Shown: positions 51,549-60,434 of the stretch, in pieces
Position numbering within the stretch: position 1 is the first letter of the stretch
Layout of the letters: each line of letters begins with the position of its first letter
Source: a bacterium
GTDB taxonomy: Bacteria; Hinthialibacterota; Hinthialibacteria; Hinthialibacterales; Hinthialibacteraceae
Assembly: GCA_963663405.2 (NCBI GenBank)
Contig: CAXXSM010000130.1
Location: forward strand, 64,001-128,000
Direction: 5' to 3'
Length of the DNA stretch: 64,000 bases
The notes under the pieces: model-generated
What the model was told of the DNA's origin: nothing
What the model saw: only the letters and a program-made list of their open reading frames with translations
The model's database searches: none
Program-made: the position numbers and the translations under genes

Positions 51549-53165
51549 TCAACCTGTTTTGAACACATTCTCATCCCGGCATCTCTCCTCTCGAACATGG
51601 TGAATCGCCTGTTGGAGATTTGAACTGACTTGCCCAGCGAGGACTGTTTCCAATCCGGATCGTTCGACAAGCAGATCCGCCGCCAATCCATGCAAATATA
51701 CCCCCACACATGCGGCGTGAAGAGGCGTTAAGCCCCTTGCCAGCAAAGCCCCGATCACTCCTGCAAGAACGTCCCCCATTCCACCTGACGCCATCGCTGG
51801 ATTTCCTGCCGGATTAATGAAAAGTGGGCACCCGGAGCAGGAAACGACTGTTTTGGGGCCTTTTAACACCACGACTCCGTTTGGATTCAGTGTTAAACGC
51901 CGCGCGTATCCCCAACGATCAGATTGTATCTCTTTGGATGTAACACCACATAACCGGGCCATCTCGCCGGGATGGGGGGTAATGACCCACGGAGATTTTC
52001 TTTCCGTTAGTTCTTCTTTTGTTAGAGCGAAGAGACCATCCCCGTCAATCAGAACGGGCGCTTCCACTTCCCGGACGATTTTCCGGACTAAATTCATCGC
52101 CGGCGCATGACGGCTCATTCCCGGTCCGGTGACAACAGCGGAAAATCGGGCGCCATTCGAGAATACTGATTCGAACGCTTCTTCGGCGAGAACTCCTTCC
52201 GGCGTCTCCGGCGCGGGGATCGTCATCATTTCCCATACGCCACCCGCGTAAATCGGTAGCAGGGATTCTGGACAGGCGGTGGTCACCAATCCCGCGCCCA
52301 TTGTAAGCGCGGCTTTCGCGCAAAGTAACGCGGCGCCTGTCATGCCCCGTGAACCTGCAAGAATCGCCAGATGGCCTTCTGTGCCTTTATGGGCCGAAAG
52401 TTTCCTGCGCGGCAACCACGCGCCGATCTGGGACGCGGTTAGCAGTTCCGCTGTGGAATCCGCATTTTCGATCAGGTCTTTTGGAAAACCGATATCGAGC
52501 GTAACAAGCCGCCGGCAGTAGTCCAATCCAGGTGGGAGAAGATGTCCTACTTTAGGCAAGCCCATTGTGTATACAACATCAGCGAATACAGCGTCTCCTT
52601 CCACACGGGCGGTATCCGCTTCGACACCGGAAGGGATATCCACAGAAGCGATGGCGCAGGAACGGGCGCGTTGATTCACGGAATCGATCGCTTCAGCGAT
52701 TAATCCGCGTGGGGCTCCTTTCGCGCCGGTTCCCAACAAGGCGTCGACGAGAAGCCGCGCCGGAGATTGGGAAAAGAAGGCGCTCAGATCGCTTGAATTT
52801 TCACATTCCGTGATCGGGATATTCAACCCTTGCGCGAAGTGGAAATTGGTCCGCGCGTCTCCTTTGAGCGCTTCGCCTTTACCGATCAGCGCCACATGCG
52901 GTTGGAAGCCTCGTTCCGCCAACCGGCGAGCCACGACAAAGCCATCACCGCCATTATTCCCTTTGCCGCAAAGGATTGCGGTTTGATGAAGAATTTCCGG
53001 GGGATAGGATGAGATTAGACCTTCTGTCACACCTTCCCCCGCGCGTTCCATTAAGAATAGACCGGCTATACCCCGTTCTTCGATCGCGATTCGATCGATC
53101 GAAGCCATAACGGTACCCGTCACTACACGCAGAGGATAGGATGGAGACAATACACACTCGCTCAT
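51549..53165 (-). CDS. nnr: Bifunctional NAD(P)H-hydrate epimerase/dehydratase
   Basis: LMERAG, GKGNNGGDG, DIPSG, TPHPGEM and GMGDVLAG motifs. Confidence 0.95.
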   Translation of the reverse strand: MSECVLSPSYPLRVVTGTVMASIDRIAIEERGIAGLFLMERAGEGVTEGLISSYPPEILHQTAILCGKGNNGGDGFVVARRLAERGFQPHVALIGKGEALKGDARTNFHFAQGLNIPITECENSSDLSAFFSQSPARLLVDALLGTGAKGAPRGLIAEAIDSVNQRARSCAIASVDIPSGVEADTARVEGDAVFADVVYTMGLPKVGHLLPPGLDYCRRLVTLDIGFPKDLIENADSTAELLTASQIGAWLPRRKLSAHKGTEGHLAILAGSRGMTGAALLCAKAALTMGAGLVTTACPESLLPIYAGGVWEMMTIPAPETPEGVLAEEAFESVFSNGARFSAVVTGPGMSRHAPAMNLVRKIVREVEAPVLIDGDGLFALTKEELTERKSPWVITPHPGEMARLCGVTSKEIQSDRWGYARRLTLNPNGVVVLKGPKTVVSCSGCPLFINPAGNPAMASGGMGDVLAGVIGALLARGLTPLHAACVGVYLHGLAADLLVERSGLETVLAGQVSSNLQQAIHHVREERCRDENVFKTG

Positions 53166-53231
53166 GGGAGCTAAACACCATGACGAGGTTAGGAAGGGCG
53201 AATCGGAATTCGTTCCGTATGTGAGACAGCG

Positions 53232-53618
53232 CTATACCATCTCACGTTCTTTCGCTTCGACATCCCGATAGAAGAGATCATGTAACCAGACTAAAATTGA
53301 TACAATAATGAAACCTTTCCACAACGTATCGAAGAAGAAATCAAGCGAAAGTTTTTCGATGTGACCTATACCTATATGAACATCTTCTGCGCCCTGCTTG
53401 ATGATTGTTAACGTATTATCCCAACCGACAAGCATTATCAAGGCGAAGTATTTCTGCACGTAGCAGAATACGATAAAAAAGAGACAAACGACGAGATATT
53501 CCCAAAACGCGAATTTTCGCCTGGGGGTGGATGGTGTCTCCACCTTTTTGGTGTTTTGCGGTTTTGGTGTAGGTTGAATAACGGAAGCCGATTTGCGGCC
53601 TTTCTTTCCTCGTGCCAT
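53232..53618 (-). CDS. Small membrane protein of unknown function
   Basis: 128 aa with basic N-terminus and two hydrophobic segments. Confidence 0.6.
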   Translation of the reverse strand: MARGKKGRKSASVIQPTPKPQNTKKVETPSTPRRKFAFWEYLVVCLFFIVFCYVQKYFALIMLVGWDNTLTIIKQGAEDVHIGIGHIEKLSLDFFFDTLWKGFIIVSILVWLHDLFYRDVEAKEREMV

Positions 53619-53969
53619 TTCATTCTTTCCTGTTTTGCATTTTACAGGTTAAACGTACATTGTAACTCAAAGATAACGGAGAAAGGAAGGGGAAACTGGT
53701 TCTTTGCGGAAGAAAAAAGTCTTTCAATCTATTTTTTTTGTTTATTGCAATCATAGACAAATTATAGCGCATAATGGGTAGATATTTTTGAGCATTGCAT
53801 TTCTCATTTAGTATAACTATGTTTATCATAATTTTTTTAATTTTTTATTATCGGTATTTCGATCCTTGAATCGAGCATTTGAATATGAGATGATTGTTAG
53901 ATATTTATAAAATGAGCGTTATTCCCTGCGGATGGGATGGCTCCAATTTTTTTTTTAGGAGATCTTTCA

Positions 53970-54811
53970 ATGAAGAGAGTCTTATTTTTTCGCGTTGCTA
54001 GTCGTTGTATTCGCTCCTCTTTCAATCGCGTAATCGATTATAATTGTCACCGATGCGCCTGAAGGTGAAGTCGAGGGATCGGGAAACTTGGGTGATTTTT
54101 TACGGGGTCTTGGGTATACGGTCGACGCCGATCCGGGTGATCCAGACCAGAACGAGGGTGGAAACAGCGCTTTTCGTGATGTTCTGACCGATGAAGAGAT
54201 TGCGCTTCTTGAGATCTACGATCTCGTTATTGTTCATCGTTCGACGAACAGTGGTGATTTTGATCAGAGCGCTATTTTCTGGAATGAGCTGCAAGTTCCC
54301 CTATTGCTTGGAAGTTCTTATTTGGGGGCGCAACACAGATCCTCGTTGGAATTGGGTGATTGGCCCTACCGCCAGAGAAACTTCACAATACTTGGAAGTC
54401 GCTGAACCGGATCACCCGATTTTTACGGGGATTGAAATAGTAGATGGCAAAGTCGATCTCTATACGCAAGATCAAGATATTGATTATCTTGATACCGGTG
54501 GTCAAGAGGGATTGGGGAATGGAATTCTTCTGGCGGAAACCGAGTTAAACTTAGGCACGGCCATAGCTGTTTGGGATGGGGATGGCTCAACGCTGGTTCC
54601 TTTCCAACCCGACGGGATTGATGAGCATTCTTATAGGCGGGTGTTTTTTGCTATGATGCGCTATTTTGAAGACGATGATACTGTCGATATCACTTTCGAG
54701 CAATATTCGGAAAATGGGCTCCAACTGATGGCTAACGCCGTTGAATATACCATGACAGGCGAAGTCACGGGTGGACCTATTACATCTGTGGCGACTTGGA
54801 GTCTTTATTGA
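53970..54811 (+). pseudogene. Disrupted secreted protein with C-terminal TSVATWSLY tag
   Basis: AGGAG then ATG at 53970; +1 in T6 (53985-53990), in-frame TAA at 54031, +1 in G5 (54324-54328). The corrected frame reads MKRVLFFALLVVVFAPLSIA*SIIIVTD...YLGRNTDPRW... Confidence 0.75.
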
Positions 54812-54906
54812 TCGATTGAATGCCGATCATGAATTAGAAATTTTTTAGATATATAATGAGTGTGGGTATAATTTGAGTTTTTCAATACATGTTTTGCTTT
54901 CAAGAG

Positions 54907-55028
54907 GCTGGTCAGCAAGGGGAAGGTTTTTTTCTCCCCTTGCATAATTTTCGGAACGTAGCCAGGGCAGAAAAAAGCCTTGCCCTGGGCGCCCGCGCAA
55001 GCGCCGGTTCTTGCCCTGGTTACCTGCG
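54907..55028 (+). repeat. Structured two-hairpin dispersed repeat, copy B
   Basis: Homologous to 33219-33345; followed by the terminator-like AGGCGGTC..GCCGCCTTTTT at 55039-55063. Confidence 0.65.
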
Positions 55029-55094
55029 TATTTATAATAGGCGGTCCTTGTGGCCGCCTTTTTATATTCTTACCAATTATTTATTATATTTTGG

Positions 55095-56340
55095 TCATCC
55101 TGGTTGCGTTTGATCGGATTCTTCTTCTTCCAGCGGTTCTTTTCTCTCATCCGGAATTTCTTCTATTGTTTCTGTTTTAAGGAAGGTTTCTTCTTTCTGG
55201 TCGTGCGTTTCTTCGTTCTCAGGAGGATTCTCTTCTTCGGTCTCGATTTCTAGGCTGGGATCTTCATTCTTTTCTAATGCCTCATTTTCTTCACGAGGGA
55301 TTTCTATATTTGTTTCAATTTCTTGGGTGATTTCTTCTTTTTTGTCCAACACTTCTTCATAGGGGATGACACTAGGTTTTTGGCAAATTAGAAATGAATG
55401 GTTATGTTGGAGTATATTCAGGTCGATGAACATCTTTTCCACTTCCATGATTAATCGAATGATGGCGATATGTTCCCAATGGTTTTCTTCATCGAAATTG
55501 CCCATGATGGCGTCAAAGAGGAGATGAAGAATCGATCCACCGTAATTTTTCTGCTCAATGACGTTGAAACGTTCATAGAGGGCGGGGATGATGCGCTCGG
55601 AGGAGATGGCCTCGAACGCGAGGTGATCCCGCATGTATTCGATTGTCGGGCGTTCAATCATGTATTTCACTTTGTCTGGTTCGCGGAGATTCCGGATCAG
55701 ATCGGAGGGAAGACAGGATAGCAGCCGATTGGTGACGCCGATTTGCGCTTGCGTCCATTGAAACCGGTTCGGTCCGATATATTCATTTACGATTAAATAC
55801 CCTTCGGGTTTCAACCAGACTTTCAGGCAATCCAGACATTCTTCCAAACGATCGAAGTGATGAAGGGCCATGGACACGACGATTAGATCATAGCGGTTTT
55901 CGTTCTGGGTGTGATCCAAGTGATTCGCATCGGCGGTGAAATAAAGCGTTCGTTCGGCCAATCCTTCTTTTTCGGCGTTTTTTCGAGCGGATGCGATCGC
56001 TTGCGCGCTGATATCGAATCCTTCCATACGTTGGGTGAGTTCCTGCCGCAGAATTAGATGACATAATTCACCATGTCCGCATCCGACAGTCAAACCGAGA
56101 GGAAGGGAGGATTGGCAGTATTGATCTTTGAAATAATCCAGCCAATTGATATCGGACCGTCCGGAGATGCAGGTATTGATATGCCGCCGGATGAGAGGGG
56201 AATCGAACCAGGATAGAGGGGTGTCTTTTTTTTTCCCGTCCCCACAGTTCGGCCTCCCTTTCAGCCATCTTTTTGTAGGAAGTGTCAATTGTATCAGCGG
56301 CTGTTGTGGTGATTTGATTGTTTGGTTGGGAGGATTTCAT
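55095..56340 (-). CDS. Class I SAM-dependent methyltransferase with acidic tail (frameshift near 5' end)
   Basis: VGCGHG, FDIS, LHH and LKPEG..NEY.GP motifs. Removing one base from T9 at 56226-56234 joins the ORFs starting at 56340 and 56288. Confidence 0.8.
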
Positions 56341-57221
56341 GACCGCAATTCAAATCCTTTCCCTGATTCGTGCAGGATTAATTCGTATAGATAACAGCGG
56401 GCTTTCCATCGATTGAGCGCGTGGATCATTTGGCGCGATTCTTCCTCCTTTTGTCTGAGGAGTGTTTGGAGATCGAGCGTTTGTTTTGTTGTCTGTTCTA
56501 ATAAATAACTGAGGTTATTGGTATGTTTCACAAGAGCTTGTTTCTGACCGGTCGTGGATTCTGAGATTTGCTTCATCTCTTTTTTAATGATGTCTTCCAG
56601 ATTGGCGGCGTGTTTGCGCAGTTCCTTGTTCTCTTCTCCGACGAGATTCGTGAGGTGTTTTGTATTCTCCTCGGTGAGATGTTCAAGATTACTCGCATGA
56701 GCGACGCTGGTGCCTAAAAGGCTGTCGATGTTTTTTACATGCTCCAGCAAACTTTGATTCTGTTGCTGGGTTAGATTGGCGACATTTTTCATTTCTTCAC
56801 GCAGAAGCCGTTCAAGGTTATGTGAATGGTCTGTGTTTTTATCTAAAAGATCTGATAAGTTCTGTGAGTGGTTCAGAAGTTTTTGATTTTGTATTTCGAT
56901 TAGATTGGCGAAATGTTTCAGGCTTTCCGCAGTGAGATGTTCAAGATTGCGTGAATGATCGAGCAGTTTTTTACAGTGCTCTTCGAGAATTTCGGTTTGC
57001 TTCCGAACTATATTCTTGAGATCAGCAGTCTCTTCGTTAAGAAGATGTTCGAGGTTTTTCGAATGATGGCTGCATTCCTTAAGGAGATGTTCGAGATTAT
57101 GTGAGTGTTCCATCAAGCCATCGCGATGACGCTCCACCATCGCCAGAGATTCTTTCAGTGGATTGGTTAGGGTACTTTTTTTTTGTATTTTTTTGGGAAG
57201 ATTCTTGACTGTCATCCTCAA
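56337..57221 (-). CDS. Coiled-coil protein with about nine HxxN[LI] repeats
   Basis: HSHNLE, HSKNLE, HSRNLE, HSQNLS, HASNLE, HAANLE and similar; overlaps the methyltransferase start. Confidence 0.7.
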   Translation of the reverse strand: MRMTVKNLPKKIQKKSTLTNPLKESLAMVERHRDGLMEHSHNLEHLLKECSHHSKNLEHLLNEETADLKNIVRKQTEILEEHCKKLLDHSRNLEHLTAESLKHFANLIEIQNQKLLNHSQNLSDLLDKNTDHSHNLERLLREEMKNVANLTQQQNQSLLEHVKNIDSLLGTSVAHASNLEHLTEENTKHLTNLVGEENKELRKHAANLEDIIKKEMKQISESTTGQKQALVKHTNNLSYLLEQTTKQTLDLQTLLRQKEEESRQMIHALNRWKARCYLYELILHESGKGFELRS

Positions 57222-57590
57222 AACCCTTGTATATGATTAAACGATTCCTAACACAGTGTTAATTAATCATTTTATCGTTTTTCGAGAGGCCTGTACAACC
57301 GCTAAGGAATAATGAAACGGTAAAAAAAGAACTTTCCTTCCGCGATGGCCTTATTGACGTCCCAATCAGGGAGTATCGATAATCAGGGCTTTTATGCGTC
57401 TATATACCGTGTACAATATTCGTGGAGTTTTGAAAGATGAATAAAACACACAATCCACGCAGCGCCATCAATTTACTTCGCCTGATCGCTCTTACGATCG
57501 TGACCGGCGTTGTCTATGTATTGCTCAAAATTCAGGGAAAACTGCGGATGTAATTCCGTTTACCTTCTATCCACTTTTCCACTTTCCGAA

Positions 57591-59157
57591 TTATTCTTCT
57601 GTTTTTCGTTGGAAATAGATCATCCGAGCGTAATAGGTTTCTTTTGTCGCAATCAGTTCCGGCGCTTTGAAATGGCGTTCAAGGAATTCCCGGACCGGTT
57701 GAAGATGGGGATCCTGGTCTTCGAAAATTTGATGGTAATATTTCCCATACATCACACAGAGATCGATCGGCAGCGTTTCCCAATATGCGGTGGTTTTTTT
57801 CATATCTTCTAATGTGAGATACTTGCGGCCGGCGGTATTCATAAATGGAGGAATGCGGACTTGGCGATTTCCCCGGATGGAAGGAGGAACTTCTTTGTCC
57901 GTCCAAATATAAAACGCTGAATTGACAAAACAGAGAAGGTATTCTGACGGACAACGCCGTTGGATAAAAGCGGCGAAACCACGTTCATCCTTCAGTGTAA
58001 TATTTGGATATTGCCAATTTGATCGCGGCCAGAACGGCGCCGTACAAAGGAGTATCAAGACGATTGGAATGGCGGGATGGAGAAGGATTGACATCCTGAC
58101 GGGTATTTTTTCCATTAACCAGGCACAAAAACCACCCGCGAGGATACAAGCGGGCGCGGTGATCACCAGCATGTAATGCGGCCAGACGTGACTTAAAGCG
58201 AAGAGGTTGACTCCAAATTCCAAGACCAGCCAGACAGCGGGTATCCACAACAGCCGGAATCGTTTTGAAAGAATTGCCATGACGCCAAACAACGCAAGAA
58301 ACCAGACGAGAGGATTAAAATGCGCGATCATCCGGAATTCCATCCACCGGTCCAGCAGTGTGTAATGAAAGAATCCAGCCATCGCGGTGTTGGCCCCTAT
58401 CAGATCGTAGAAAAAAGGCTCCATCGCCCCAATCGAGACGATCACAATCAATAGAAGAATCAATGGAGGTAGAAATCCGGCCAAGAACCACATCAGGTTC
58501 CTGGCAATGGACTTTTTTTCTCCATAAAAAAAATCCCGCCAGCGCCAGAATAGGAAGAATCGTCACTCCCGTCTGTTTATTCAATATACAGAGAGCGCTG
58601 AATAGACCCGCCAGCGTCATGTATAACGCTTGGTTGCGTCTGCGTCCTATGGTGAATAGGGCGAGCGCCCAGATCGACAATTCCGGCGCCAAAGTTGAGA
58701 CATGCAAGGCTTTCGCCCAAATCGCGGAATAGGGATCGAACGCCAACCAGCATGCGGCGAATAATCCTGTCTTTTCATCTCTCAACTCCCGTCCAAGAAG
58801 CCAAATTGCGAAGATGGAAGAGATGGAGAATAGAATCATGAATATCCGGACAGGAACGATTGGAACGCTTGAAAACAGGAAAAACGGGAAACTCAAGATC
58901 GAGACAAGTGGCGGTTTGTTCAGATGAACATCTAAATAGGGCAAATGCCCCCGCATCCATTCTCTCCCTTGCATGAGATAATCGCCTTCATCTACATTCG
59001 TGCCACAAAAGAGAGTCCAGCTGCGAAGGATCAGCGCCAGCAGCAGAACAGCCGCAATTGGAAGATACGGCTCCATCCAGTTCTTTGAAGGTATTTGAAC
59101 TTGTTGTGCTCTATTTTGGGAAGAAACGATGGAATGGCTATCTGCTTGGCTATCCAT
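57591..59157 (-). CDS. ArnT/PMT-like (GT-C) membrane glycosyltransferase, split by one frameshift
   Basis: NVDEGDY..G..PY.D...KPPL and KQ motifs; removing one base near 58513-58533 fuses the two ORFs. Confidence 0.75.
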
Positions 59158-59178
59158 ACCAAACCTTTCTTGGAGGAA

Positions 59179-60240
59179 CTAGGTACCTTTATTTATATTC
59201 ATGGATTTCCCGGACGGGAGAATATCCAATATAGTTTCGGGAATATTGTCGTTATATTCCGGATCGAAGAGATGACACGACACGGTCCGGTCTCCTATTT
59301 GTCTCAATTGGGGTTCTACAACGCCGCAAGGTTCGAAACAATACCGGCAGCGGGGATGAAAGTGGCAGCCTGGTGGGGTGTCCATTGGATTGGGAACATC
59401 GTCTTCTAGGAGTATCCGTTTTCTCTTGCTTGTTGGATCGGGAATGGGAACCGCTTCAAGAAGGGCTTGGGTGTAAGGATGTTTTGGTTTGGAAAAGAGC
59501 GCGTCCGTTTCAGCGAGTTCAACGATTTTCCCTAGATACATGATGGCCATGCGGTCGCTGATGTGACGGGCGATAGATAAATCATGTGTGATGAAGAGAT
59601 AACTCAATCCAAAACGATCCTTCAAGTCCATCAGTAGATTGACAATTTGCGCCTGGATTGACACATCCAGCGCTGAAACCGCCTCATCGGCTATGATTAG
59701 TTCCGGTTCGACGGAAAGGGCGCGGGCGATGCCGATGCGCTGACGCTGCCCACCGGAAAACTCATGTGGATACCGTTTCAGATGATCTTCCCCCAATCCG
59801 ACGGATTGGAGCAGTTCAATACATCGTTCCCGGCGCGCTTGCCGTGTGGCCGCAAGGCGGAAGATCGACAACGGTTCGCTGATTGCGCTACCTGCGGTCA
59901 AACGGGGATTGAGCGAGGAATATGGATCTTGAAATACGATCTGTATCATTTTCCGGTATGGGCGCATCGCTTTTTGAGATAGCGTCAACAGATTGGGGGA
60001 ATCCTTGAACCGCACATCGCCACTCGAAGCGTCCAGAAGACCCAGAATCATACGTCCCACTGTTGTTTTTCCACATCCGCTCTCACCCGCTAGACCCAGC
60101 GTTTCCCCTTTGTGAATCGTAAATGAAACACCATCCACTGCTTTGACATGATTCACGACACGCCCGAATACCCCTTTGCGGACGGGGAAATGTTTTATTA
60201 GATCCGTGACGGTTAAAAGCGCTTCTTTATCCACTTTCAC
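59179..60240 (-). CDS. Oligopeptide/dipeptide ABC transporter ATP-binding subunit (OppF/AppF-like)
   Basis: GESGCGKT, FQDP..SLNPR, SGGQRQR, HPYTQAL and GCHFHPRC motifs. Confidence 0.95.
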   Translation of the reverse strand: MKVDKEALLTVTDLIKHFPVRKGVFGRVVNHVKAVDGVSFTIHKGETLGLAGESGCGKTTVGRMILGLLDASSGDVRFKDSPNLLTLSQKAMRPYRKMIQIVFQDPYSSLNPRLTAGSAISEPLSIFRLAATRQARRERCIELLQSVGLGEDHLKRYPHEFSGGQRQRIGIARALSVEPELIIADEAVSALDVSIQAQIVNLLMDLKDRFGLSYLFITHDLSIARHISDRMAIMYLGKIVELAETDALFSKPKHPYTQALLEAVPIPDPTSKRKRILLEDDVPNPMDTPPGCHFHPRCRYCFEPCGVVEPQLRQIGDRTVSCHLFDPEYNDNIPETILDILPSGKSMNINKGT

Positions 60241-60434
60241 TTTGCTATGTCCTCAGAATCGTTGTAACACATAGTGCCCAGAACGGATGAAACGGTCAAT
60301 GGCTGACAGAAGGATCAAGAAAAGCGCGGACAAGTATCCAAAATGAAATTTTTTTTTATTGAGGATAAAAACGTATATAATTACTGTATTAGTAATTTAT
60401 TATTCTTATTCAATCACATTTTTTGGAGGTCAGT

